From Glycera tridactyla (taxonomy: Eukaryota): a stretch of DNA of 64,000 nucleotides. The notes under the pieces were generated by a model. It worked only from the letters and a program-made list of their open reading frames with translations. It did no database searches and had not been told where the DNA came from. Position 1 is the first letter of the stretch. Each line of letters opens with the position of its first letter. The position numbers and the translations under genes were made by a program. The DNA lies in assembly GCA_965644265.1 (NCBI GenBank), contig OZ286476.1:8618001-8682000 (forward strand). The letters run 5' to 3'. Below, one piece after another: positions 8,017 to 20,911 of this stretch.

Positions 8017-11000
8017 ACATTATATCATCATTCAAACCTTAAATAATCGTTTAATCATCGAAATATAGCAATTTTGAGGTTTAAAAACATCTCAATCACT
8101 GCATAGTGGTGTTGTCACCTGGTTGTTTACATCGTTGTTCTGATTCCGCCGACGCCGCTCCACACGGCGACGACGCATGCGCAGATAGCCAGGATGGAAT
8201 CAGAATCCGTATCACCTGAGCCTGTGATACGGATATCTTTATCACATAGCCGTGATAAGACCTTTTTTCCGCCAATATCACCCTCTTAGCAATCATATCA
8301 TGTGATAATGTGTCAGATTGATGGATGTAAATTGTATTGAAGTCTATAAAGCACAATGCATTTATGAGAGAGGACCAAGCCGCACCCATCTTTGATGGGT
8401 GAACTGGTTCAGACTGGGAGGGGTGGTATATGTCCAATATCCTACATAATTCAGTTTGTACTTTTTTTATTCTGTCACGTCTTGTCACGACAGTGAGAAT
8501 GCTGAAATGGAATCATCGTGTATGCATATAGCCCCATCCAGAAGAACTTCCCAGTGTATTATGAAAAGCTCCCATAGAAAGAGGCACTAATCACGAAGTT
8601 TGTGCCTGGATAATTTGCAGGAATTATCCTGACAGATCAATTCGTCATCGTTCACTTGTGTAATCATATCTGTCATGATGGTTTTGCAATCTTTGGCCAT
8701 AGCTAAATATTAGCAAATGAAGAGTATTTATCAGACAATTATATGCATATGTCGATGAGCCTGCAGCTGATGGCTGGTGATTATGTGTCCCGAGGACAGG
8801 CTGGGCATGATCTTCAGTTGGTTGATTCATCCATCTCTTGGAAGGAGTATTGCTGACGATGAGGAGTATAGTGATGATGATAATGACCATGATGATGACC
8901 ATGATAATGATGATGTGCATGATCATGATAATGACGATGATGATCATAATCATGACGAAGATCCTGGTGAGGACGATCATAATGAGGATCAATGTTGGTC
9001 ATCATATATATTACATATCCATATTCTCCATCAGTTTGATAGCAACCCTTGTTGATTACTCACTCATTTGGTATCCTTTACGTATTGTCCCTAGGGAGAT
9101 ATTCAACTCTGGTGACTTATGATGTGCGGGAGAAGCCACACTCAACATCAGCTGAACAAAGGAAATAATGATGCATCACTTGCAAAATATAAGTGTAATG
9201 CGAAGACAGCGAGAATGATGCTTTCATAAACAAATGATGGCGTCCATGATGCTTACTGAAGAACAAGAGGCATGCGCCTTGAATAAGTGTGTATGCAGAA
9301 CCCCACACAGTTTATTCATCTCCGACCCCACCACACACACACATGAATTCCCTGGCAATACGAAGCCTCCTCGAGATTCTCCTGAAAATGTATGAGGAAC
9401 GAAGACGAATCTGAATTGATAGTATCTCATGCCTTTTGCATATGAATCTCAAATTGTGGTGACAAGGTGGCAAAAAGCGAACAAACACTATGATCTAATA
9501 TTCTCTGTTTTCTAGAACGTTCTTCCATGAGGTAATTCATCATACATATGATAGATCATAATCTCAGATACATGGTTATGATAATGGATTTCTTCATTTT
9601 GTTTCGTCATTGAAAGTATACAAAATACAGCTGTCCTGTGGATGGAGGCATTCTCAATCTGAAAAAAAAACAAAAAAACACTACAACATCCAACCTTACA
9701 TAACATAATAATCAATAATAAAGTAAATGACCAAGAATGAATTAGAGTAGTGTTAGAAATAAACACAATATATTTTGCTCATTATATCAAAATATAATGC
9801 AACTACACGGTTCCATTTTGTATCATTCTTCAATTCTGCTTATCAGACCAACACGAGATGAGGTAGAACTTCCACATCTTTAATCCTGATAATTATATGG
9901 GTATTTGAATGATGTGTTAGTAGCAATGAAATGAGAGAGCAGACTCTTATATATCTCATCTTTTACCATTTAACTAGAGGCCATTGGGTTTATACTCTGT
10001 ATATTTTGTGACAATTCAAAATAAAGAATTATACATACATACTATCAATATACCCCCCACCCCTCCCAACCACGTGAGAAATTTCGCAATTTCCCTCCAT
10101 GCGTCATTCATGGTGAATAATGAGAATGAGTGGCAGCTGAATGATTCGAGAGCACTGATGCTATACAATTGCCATGTGACCTGTTATGATTAGCTTTAAT
10201 GTAAAAAGCTCTTGTCAGCCTAATTGATTGACGGGCATGTATGTTTAACGAAAATGAGGGGTGCCCTAGTGTCCCTCTCTGTACCTGCCTTTCATCTTTC
10301 TTCAATCTCTTCCCCAACCTACTTATCATCTCCCCATGTATACCCAATTCCATTGTTCCCTCCCGGATAATGTCCCATCATATGTGCAATCTTCCACGTA
10401 TTCATTACTTCTGGTATAAATATCGATAGGCAAGGTACCATACTACTGAAGTAGTAACCAGAATTACAAGGGAATAATTACTCTGGTCGAGTCCGTTCAA
10501 GGACAACATAAGAATTTCTATTCTTGTGAACAGAAGCAACATCAATCCTCATAGAGTCTACATATGGCGACAAAATCCAAACTCAAAATTCAAAATTCAA
10601 AAATCTACAGTGCGGTTACAAATGCAACATGGCTCTCACCATTGATCTTATAACTTTCAGTAATTGGATAGAATTGAGAGTCGTAACGACCACTACAAAA
10701 TGTCACCAGGTGTTACTTGTGATTTATATGATATATGCTCCATTTGTATCACGAAAAAAGTTTTAAAGTGCTACAATATTGGAATATGATACTGTAAGCA
10801 TTATAATTGCTATCATGTGACAAGTAAACATGTCCCACCTGTAAGTCAGAATTGGATGTTGATTACGTCTGTGGATATCCATATCATTCATTGGGAAGCT
10901 GGATGAGGGTCCTCAAAGCTCCCGGTAATAGATAAATACCTACTTTTTTTTGTATTTGTACAGTGTTATAACATACTTATACACAAATGGAGCCACCCCT

Positions 11001-12320
11001 ATATGAGGTTCTCCAGGTCGACAAACATAACTGTTCTGTTGATTACATATCTTCTGAAGATGAGATGATTGATGAAGAATGGGGGATGAGAATATGGAGT
11101 AAAATAATCATTGTCATAGCCAATGTAGGTATTCTTGCTGATCAAGGATGGTATAGTGAAGGTTGGACCGAGCATCATTCCACTGACATGCATTCTGTCC
11201 ATATGAATATATTTAAATGAGTGCCAGATCCGGATAATGACTACACAATAAATTGATAGAATTGGTCTAATATGAAACTAAAATAATCCAATTTCCATTA
11301 TTATATTGTCAAGAACTTCCCTACTTTTGCTTTGAACATTTCAGACTTGTAAGACACGAAATCGCGGTGTTCTTGCATACATGGATTTCAGGCCTTAGGA
11401 CCTATGTATGAAGAGTTAATCACTGAAGCTGATTATAAAATTCATACAAAACCCATCATCTTGGTGTATGACTGGTTATATAGTGCCTAATTGTCATGTT
11501 CGTAATAACGAACAGTAGTAAGTCATGTAATTTTCACTTCCCCATTATCTTTTTCCCATATTCACTTCCCAACCCCACTGATAAGGAGAAAGGTATATAT
11601 GTTTGCAGTGTTCTTCCCGGCCCATTTATCCTTTCCATCACAGAAAGCACGCATGTGTTGATGGCTGACAATATGATCATTTGCAATTTACCATATTTCC
11701 ATCCGAGCGATGATGGAACTAGAAACAGATGCTGAATATTTAAGGTCGTTCTCTTCGTTGACGTGACATGAAATGAATAAGGAATAGGAGCATCAGCTCT
11801 TGTGTGTACTACAACAGATGGCAGACTATGATTAGCCCTGTTTCCATGTTACTTATACAAATCTTAAGAAAATAAGAATTAGTGGATAGATATTCTGGTT
11901 GGAATATGTCTGATGGTAACTGATAAAAAAAATGTATATGATAGAGGTATTTAATATGAGGAAAATATATAATAGTATTTGAGCATGTTTACTGGTTATA
12001 TAATATGATTGAAGTGCATTGGTACTCAATAATTCTATTCTCCCATCACAAGGACTACTCTACATATAATATATATCAACATACAGTGATAAACATAATT
12101 TCGGTGTTATCCATATTTTTGCGAATTTTATGCTCCCACGCCGATCTTTTTCAAAGTTATAGACAGCATAGTGTCACGCTAGATCTGCCTGATGAGATGC
12201 TTCACAGGATGAGATGTACAAACATTCCATTTTGTATCACATATGCCTAAACTGCAGCTCATAAATTTGGACTACATCCAGGGTAGGATCGGCTATTCAA
12301 TCCTTTGATACACCGAGGAA

Positions 12321-13251
12321 TAGGCCTTGAACGATTCGCCGATACACTCACGGATTGATTATTTTTTCCGTATCGGCCTGGTCACGATACACCCGAAAAA
12401 TTCCAAGATATATCGTAAAATTGTTTAATTGATGAAAAACACAAGAAATACACCTCAAAGTGATAAATCCATTTGTTCGAGGGCACAGCCATGTTTCTTT
12501 GACACCTGCACAGCCAGGGTGAATGAACCGATGGAAATACGTCTTCTGCGCATCTTGTTGTCATCTCGCGCTTGCGAGAATTATTTTACGAATAACAACT
12601 TAAATCAATTATATTTTAATAAACTAGTGCCAGAAAAATGATATGAAGCAATTGGTATTGGTATTTGAGCTCTAAAATGAATATTTCTTGCCGTCTATCG
12701 AGATGAAAGGCAAGCAGTGTGAAACGCGCGTGGTGTTATTCCGACGGGCGCCATCTTGATTTTTCACTCACTCTCTGTCATGACACATTTCTTCACCTCG
12801 CCATCAGGAGAAAACTATACAATATATCACCAAGCCGTTTCCGCAGTATGCTGCGCAATGTTACCGGAATTCGTTCCATATAGGGATTTAATCAGGTATC
12901 ATTCATATTCATTGTTTGACGAAAGCACAAAGCCGTGAAGGTATTGTTTTTCCAGCAAGTCCCTCATTTTCGCTCACTCCATGCCACATGTTTGGCCATA
13001 CGCAAATATGATTCAACTGTGTCTTATCGAAAATCCAAGGTGATCCGGTTCTTTAGCATCCCTCAATCTGCATGGGCAAATATTTTGGCAAGTTTCTGAC
13101 TATTGTTACGAGTGTGGGGTGCCAGGAAAGAGACGCTAATTTCTTGATGTTTTTCGCAAAATACTTGAGATGTATCGTAGAGATATGGTATCGTGAGCAG
13201 CGTATCGCGATACGTATCGATTCGTATCCGTGGTAAATCGTTCAAGGCCTA
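12321..13251. mobile_element. Non-autonomous hAT-type DNA transposon (MITE), 931 bp
   Basis: Perfect 16-bp TIR TAGGCCTTGAACGATT / AATCGTTCAAGGCCTA. 8-bp TSD CCGAGGAA at 12313-12320 and 13252-13259. Subterminal CGATAC/GTATCG motifs. Empty site in copy B (CTGATGAA, 47639-47646). Confidence 0.93.
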
Positions 13252-14299
13252 CCGAGGAATCATCATCATTGATTGTATCATTAATTTGAAACTTCCAGTA
13301 TCATGCCACCGAAATGAGAAAGATCCACAGGAATGAAAAGCCATGTCTACCTGTATTATTAATTTTTATTCAGTTATTGCTTTGTAGTAACGGATAGCTA
13401 TGATCCATTGTCCAATGTACAATAAATGAAGGATTTTTTGGCAATGAATTATATTTCATGATGGCATCGGAAAAGCCATGATTCCAAAGACATTGCAAAG
13501 TGGTGAATGTTCGTTCGGAGCATGATAGCATACATTTCATTTTATTTCCTTTCCCTTTATTTGAATTTGTTGAAACCCTTGGAGCGGTACAGAGTTCGCC
13601 TTCAGCACAATGGTGAAAATGTGAAAACGCATTTCGACTACAATGGCTATATGGCGCAAATCATATGTCCATAATGTGTTGATGAATTATCAATCATTGG
13701 GGTATGACTTCTTCAATCTATGAATCTTAATTCCCATTCGAAGTGTTGGAGCGCATTCATCTCGAAACAATCAATCTCTAGGTATCTGTAATTCTTCTCC
13801 TTGATTTGTAACTCAATCGTCAATTTAACAATACAACAAAAATGTGCATTTGCAGCACAACGATAAACTATACATGTGAAACGATACAGGGATGAGTCGA
13901 AGTAAGAGTGATTTACGAATGGAATAAAAGGAACGAAATGGGTTGTGAATGAGAAGAGAGAATGATTATGAATTACATGACCAGCGGCTAAGCACATATA
14001 AGTATGTATGTGATCAAACTAACAATATGACTAGCACCATCTCAATTCTTTCAAGAATCTTTTAAATGCATTCGAAGGCGTAACTGCCAGGCCTGGCTGC
14101 TCTGTATCTGATTTTTCACTCAAACGGTAGTGATATCGATCAATTTGTACATATGGATGTACCCGTGATCGGGTGGCATGTGTGTGAGATAATTTCATGG
14201 AATGACATAGAGGATCACACGTGACATGACCATTCAAGATATCGTTCATATGAATGGGCTCATGTTCTGCCTCTCTATGAACAAGGGATAATTGACACG

Positions 14300-17200
14300 A
14301 GTCTTTGTGAAGATGTACAATATTTGTTCTTCTGGGTGCCAAACATTGTATCTCATCACCGTATACGGCAAAATAAGTGTACGATACAACATGAGGGCAG
14401 TGTGTTTGCTCAGTATTGGTCGAAGTCACCAAAGACCCCAATCTTGCCTAGCATCTTGGCTTTGACATGATTAACATGTCTGTGATTTTCATAGGCCTGT
14501 GTCTTCGTAGGCAAACCTAATACAATGTATTTGGTTTATTCCAGTTTCTTGTGCCCCCGCAATCTGAAATTCTCCTTGAGATTTGAAGTTGAAACTGCAT
14601 TTCCATGGTCGAGAAGCCGGTCTATGAGAGAGTGATACAACATCATTGATGTTCACTCAATGAAGTAAGACGAAGAAAACATAGAACTTGCACCATTAAC
14701 TTTGGATCGTATAATATCATATCCGACGTGTGCTTTGAGATTCTATGATGGATCGAGAGCAGTGCCTGAAATCTTCATACTTCTCTGCATTATGTCCTAT
14801 TCATTACACCTTAACCTCATACTACAGATTCTCGTAATCGTAGTTGGTATGCCCGAAACAATACATCTGTTTTTTGCCAGATTCAGAAATAATATTTCAC
14901 AACTTATCCAAACACGAAATCCATTATGTAGAGCACGAATATAGAGGATGCTCAATCACTCAAAATGCTGATTGGAAAGTAGCGTCCATAAGGGAAGAAG
15001 ATAGATCCTTGATGTCTGAACCTAATGGTGAGGGGTCTAAAATAGATCCTGGATGGACAATACATGTAACAGACAAACAATATTAGCTGGTACGAAATCC
15101 ATTATGGAATGTAGAGCACGAATACAGAGGATGCTGAATCACTCAAAATGCTGATTGGAAAGTAGCGTCCATAAGGGGAGAAGATAGATCCTTGATGTCT
15201 GAACCTAATGGTGAGGGGTCTAAAATAGATCCTGGATGGACAATACATGTAACAGACAAACAATATTAGCTGGTACTTCCAACCTTCGTATTGCAGAAGT
15301 GGTTTAATAGGTAGATTGATATCCATCGAGTCATGGAGATGCAGCGCCCATAGCAGATCTCATACGATGTTCATGGAGTGATGAGATTCCATAAATACTT
15401 CAGATTAGTAAAGAATTAGAGATGAGTGATCATCAAATATTCTCCTCCCATCCAACATTCCTTCCCATTTCATCTCCAACCCAACTGGGTGGAGATGGGT
15501 TTTTTCATCACATCCTTCTTCTGATTGAATTTTTATTCTCCGCAACTGAAATTTTTCTGCATGAGGATGATACATATTCACAAGGTGCAATTTCTAGGGG
15601 GGGGGGGGGAAATTGCTGGTAATGAGTTAGTGATTCGAAATCTGAGGAGATTATGCACGCAGTGAGATCACACAGATGGAGGATGACGCCCATCCCTTTC
15701 ATCAAACACATTGTTCAGTTTCTGTATATGCAGGGAAGCCACAAAAAACACGTACATGTCTTAACTGTGTATGTCTATTGTTGTAGCTATCGTCTGATAC
15801 AATTGACTGTGTATCCGTGAATTCATTTCCAATCGATCTTCAGGAACAAACCATAAAAGAGTCATGAATTGTTCGAATCATACTGAATGCATGAATGTCA
15901 CAACATATGTCAGAGGTACTTATACCAGCATATGATTGTTAGTCTGAATTGTCATTGGATTTGATTGCACAGGATGATAGCAGACCAAATGTCGCAAAAG
16001 GGATCCCAATAGGCGCATCAGTCTCTTGCTACTATACCATGGCACAGAATCAAGTCTATCTGGTTAATGATCAACAAGCGACAAGCTCTAGCCCCTAGAG
16101 TATACATGACTTTTGTCAATTCCACACTGAGAAGCAGAACCACAATATGGACTGGCACAGTGACAATGCTCCAGGTGACCTGCTTCTGCAGTTCCCCCCC
16201 CCCCCCAAAAAAAAACATGAATGTGCAAACTTGAGGTATGTGTCCACCCCAACACGCCACCCAAGCAACCTCTCTGCCAGGAACCCATACATTAAAGGAC
16301 AAGTTACTTCCCTCTGAGCAACCAGCAATATTCGTACATATCGACCCAGCAGCCAAGCGTTCTATGTACTGTCTAATGCAGCGTGATGCTGTCTGCTTTT
16401 TGCCTGACAGCCATCTGTGTATCGCGGGCTGTTTCCCTATATCACTATTGAGATATCTTGAGATTTCAGGGACCTGTTTCACAAACTGGTGGTCAGTGCT
16501 CAATATTTCAATACATATTAGATAATTCCCTATATGATAGATGGGTTGCCAGATTTTTCGTCAAGATAACAGGCATTTAGCGATGAAATCACGTCAGACC
16601 AGTGCCAGCCAATTACATGAGGGACTTCTATCCCAGTCATATACTTTCTCATTATTGTTCGATCGAGCGACTATTCTACATCTTAGCAATGTACATTGTG
16701 AGGTCATGCATGTGATATGGTCATCTCTTTGGCGATGGCCACCATTCCCTACGCCATGTTGCACCCTCAGGCTCTTTACATTATCTCATCCATATGGTTT
16801 ACATGGGTCAGAGCTTGGCCTCTGTTATATGCTTCTTCCATATTTCTATGCAACACCCGCTGCACATACTGGGTTTCGAAAGTTTGATTCACTCTATTCG
16901 GGATAAAATGTCTCAATCCAGAGCATTCAAAAGATTGAATGAGTTGCAAAAGTAATTTGAACTGAATATAACATGATCACCCCAACATACATTTAAAAAT
17001 GCGGAAATAATGATGATGATGATAATGATAGTGGATATGTTTCAAGTTGCATCGATAGCACTGGTTGCAGAAATTTATCGATAAAGTTGAAAGTAGCAAT
17101 AAACCTGCATTGATCTAATCATATCTCTGGTTGTCAACAGGAACGAGTAATAAGGAACCCTATCATCAGTATAAACTGGCATATCACTTACAGGCCGAGA

Positions 17201-17400
17201 GCCTTCAGAATGATGATTATGAAAATATGATGGGAAAAAGGTCTGCAGATAGTTGTGTTTCATCGGTTCAACCAGAACATCTCAGTAAGCAAACAGAATC
17301 GTTCACTTAAGCAGACTCAATGTGGGATTTATTGTGTTATAGGTTGCACTGATGGTGTTGATTAGACTATTCTCATATCACAGCACTGATTCGAAGATTC
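14300..17400 (+). pseudogene. Possible decayed ionotropic glutamate receptor / IR-like coding remnant (copy A)
   Basis: Weak colinear resemblances across frames and stops: IELAPLT (S1), hydrophobic stretch (M1), GFFITSFF*LNFYSPQL (M3?), LDLIAQDD..GIPIGAS and LLFDRATILHLSNVHCEVMHV (S2), LNVGFIVL.VALMVLIRLFS (M4). Judged by eye only. Confidence 0.3.
14914..15274 (+). repeat. Copy-A-specific direct tandem duplication (~178 + ~182 bp)
   Basis: ACGAAATCCATTATG...AATATTAGCTGGT occurs twice (starts 14914 and 15092). It is single-copy in copy B (~49300-49487). Confidence 0.93.
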
Positions 17401-18339
17401 ATTCAACGGATGACAAATTTGGGAGATGTCTGTTTCACTTCAAGGTGGCAAAGGAATGAACCATCGCGTGCTTCATGGAATTGCATAGGACATATTTGTT
17501 CGATAGGACTATAGAACACTATACATTATGCAGTTGACTCCAATATCACTTGTTTGTTGCATTCTGAGATACAAAATAAAATTTGCTAAGAAGCGGAAGT
17601 CAAGCTCAAGAGATATAGTCGAGAAGCATTTGTGCCATTGCTGGAGGAGTGAAATCAGACCAACATAGTTCTTTGGCGGTGATTTGAAATCTGGGCCTGG
17701 AATCAGTATTCAGCATGGAAAAAGCCTTCACCGAGGCTACGGGACTTCAGACATTAGAAGAAGATTGAATCTGAGTCATAATTATTCTTCAGATGAATGA
17801 CAACAGATCATGTAAGAAGCGACACATGGGGAAAAATGACTGGTAAGATAAATAGGATCCGGAGAGAGTAACCATCCATCTTAATTATCACCCGACCAAA
17901 CCCGAGTGATGGAATGAAGAGAGTAGGCTCTCGCTTTGTTCATCCCATGCTCTCCTTCCCTCCTCTCTCNNNNNNNNNNNNNNNNNNNNNNNNNNNNNNN
18001 NNNNNNNNNNNNNNNNNNNNNNNNNNNNNNNNNNNNNNNNNNNNNNNNNNNNNNNNNNNNNNNNNNNNNNNNNNNNNNNNNNNNNNNNNNNNNNNNNNNN
18101 NNNNNNNNNNNNNNNNNNNNNNNNNNNNNNNNNNNNNNNNNNNNNNNNNNNNNNNNNNNNNNNNNNNNNNNNNNNNNNNNNNNNNNNNNNNNNNNNNNNN
18201 NNNNNNNNNNNNNNNNNNNNNNNNNNNNNNNNNNNNNNNNNNNNNNNNNNNNNTATTTCTAAAGGAGGCGCTACCACCGCCGCTCGTGATTGGTGTTTTT
18301 TCCAGCAAAAGCGCAGATAAAACATGAACTACCTTGTCT

Positions 18340-18498
18340 ATCCATCAATCTATCCATCCATCCATCCATCCATCCATCCAACCATCCATTCAGAGGTAAC
18401 ATTATTCCTAGAGGGGGCGCTACCACCACCGCTCGTGATTGATATTGGCCTTTTTCCCAGCAAAAACGCAGTCTGCGATGAAACATGAACTTCATTGT

Positions 18499-18534
<36 letters not shown>

Positions 18535-19440
18535 CATCCATCTATCTTCCCTTCCTTCTCTTCCCACCCCTATTTCCCACCCCTATTTCATCAACTATTC
18601 TCATCCTCTTTATTGGAGTTTCAGGGCGGGGAAGGGGGTTTCGGCAGGTCTGCCTGCTATTGGCCATCCATTGACATTAGACGGCAAGAATCGCGAGATC
18701 TGCCAGCTAACCTCCTATGCAGATGCTCATGTTAATCAGCATGCGGTTACCTAGCCTGGTCCCCACCTACTTCGCAACTCGACACCTCGCCAGCATCATT
18801 GGCGGGTACCAGGCTAGCATGTTACTTCGCGCCAGTGGACTATGGTGACGATGATAATGAAGATGATGATCACGATCATGATCATGACGACGTTGATCAT
18901 GATCGTGATGATTGATTGTCTGATGTATTGATAAACGGATTGATTGATCGATGGATGCGTGGATTGGTTGATTGATCTGATGTATTGATTGCTTGATGGA
19001 CTAACTGATGAATGGGTTGGTTGGCGAATTGATTGATTGGTTGATCAAGAAATGAACTGATTAATGGATCAATTTATTGATGAATGGATGAATTGATTGA
19101 TTGATCGGTGAATGGATTGATTGATTGATTCAATGGATTGATTAATCAAGGGATTGATTGACTGATTGATGAAGTGATGGATGGATGGATGGATGGATGG
19201 ATTGATTTGTTGATGGAATTGTATGTGGATCAATGGATTGATCATTTAATCATTCGAGGGATGAATTGATTTGTTGAATGGATCGATGAATGGATGGATT
19301 GATTGATTGATTTGTTGGTTGGATTTATTGATTTTTTCGATTCATTGATGGATGAATGAATGGTTAGATGAATTGATTGATTAATTGATGGTTAGATGAA
19401 TTAGTTGATTCATTGATGAATGGGTTGATTGATGGATGGG
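18340..19440. repeat. Low-complexity region: (ATCC)n tracts and degenerate (GATT/GATG)n
   Basis: Visible ATCC runs at ~18340-18390 and ~18497-18545, and GATT/GGAT runs at ~18900-19440. Confidence 0.85.
18751..18817. mobile_element. 67-bp miniature inverted-repeat element bounded by CTAG
   Basis: CTAGCCTGGTCCCCACC ... GGCGGGTACCAGGCTAG (15/17 complementary). CTAG at both ends could be a TSD. Confidence 0.4.
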
Positions 19441-19547
19441 TTGGTGCGTAAGTAGGTAGGTCCATGCTCTGATACACTGGCATCTATAGTAAATCTTGCA
19501 AACTATCAACTTTACCCTCATCAAATCCTCCATGTCTAGTGTGCACT

Positions 19548-19619
19548 TAGTAGTAGGTAGTGGTAGTGGTGGCAGTAATAGTAGTAGAAGTAGTAGTAGT
19601 TGTAGTAGTCGTAGTAGTA

Positions 19620-19686
<67 letters not shown>
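19548..19686 (+). repeat. (TAG)n microsatellite
   Basis: Direct reading. Confidence 0.97.
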
Positions 19687-19687
19687 C

Positions 19688-20911
19688 GAAGATGTGAAGA
19701 CGTAAAGACGTAAAGACGTAATTTATTATACAGTCCAAAGACCAAAATTAACAAACAAAAATATGATATATATGTATAGGTGGCATACAGAGTGACAAAG
19801 CTAATGTTGAGTATACATAATTCACAGAAATAACTTCCAAAGGTCTCCCACCCCACCAGGGGGTTATAAGACTGTATAGATGACCTTGTAATTCACTCGA
19901 CAGTTATGTTGCTACTGGTCAGTTTCGGTTTCTAATCTGGCATAGTTTATCATCGGCCGTTAAACAAAAAACTGAGTTACGTATTGAATGTGGGGTATAT
20001 CTCGGCGTCTTTTCTCTCTAATATTAGGTACAAAACAGGTATGAGCTACATCTCTTTCTCTCATAGGGGAGAGCATATATACTGGTTGCTCTCGCCCAAT
20101 TATAATATATGATGGTATAGTTATAAACATACAAGGAAAAAAATATAATATAAACAATGAACGAAATTAAGAAATACAAGAAAACATGTTTTTTTGTTGG
20201 TACACCCTCCCCCATGTCGGCGGACTGGCTAGCCGTGCATTTGGATGAGTGTGGTGGTGTTCTGGTGTGGTTAAGGTTGGTTCTGATGTGGAGTGTAGGT
20301 AGTGTTGTGTGTGATGTGTATTTGAACTGGGCGCGTGTTGGTGTGGTGTTAGTATATCGCCGACATTACATTTGAAGTTCGAATAATAATGAAAGAGAAG
20401 ACAAGGGAATAAAGTAGATGTACGTGCATATTCATCTAGGTGTCATTTATACAGAATGTTTTTCCGTGTCTGATACAACTCTTCTAACCACTTTGCAAAA
20501 ATCTTGATATAGCCTGGTTGTAGTAGGATGCTCAGTTTGTCTAGATTGCTCATAGTATGGAAGTTCCCAATTCTCGATTGCATGTTCGTTAGATACTGTT
20601 CCCGTGAATATTTAAGTGCCGGACATACAAACAAGAAGTGGACTTCATCTTCAATCATTGTTGAGTCACATATCCGGCAATGTCGCATTTCTTCTTTGAT
20701 TCCCTTGTACCTCCCCGTTTCTATCTGGAGTGGAAGTACCCCACACAGTGGCTTTGTAAGAATACTGCGTCGGGATCGGTTGAGGTTTTCATCGACCAAT
20801 GTTCTGATTTTTGTAGAATCATGGATTTTTATATACGTGCGAAGTTTAGGTTTGTTCTCACATCCTATAGCACGTCCATGCGTTGAAGAGTGCAAGTAAT
20901 AGATCAATTGA
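19688..20911 (-). mobile_element. 3' end of a LINE: ORF2 C-terminus (20443-20907) + 3' UTR + polyA signal + 8-bp repeat tail
   Basis: LQIETGRY...RHCRICDSTMIEDEVHFLFVCP is the Cys/His motif of LINE ORF2 C-termini. AATAAA on the minus strand (TTTATT 19722-19727) is followed by (TACGTCTT)x3 (19697-19720). The upstream part is hidden by Ns. Confidence 0.85.

Noticed and set aside
19496-19856. Poly-Ser/Thr/Tyr ORFs (also 25755-26192, 62875-63147, 8645-9122)
   Set aside because: Trinucleotide microsatellite translations with no other coding signal.
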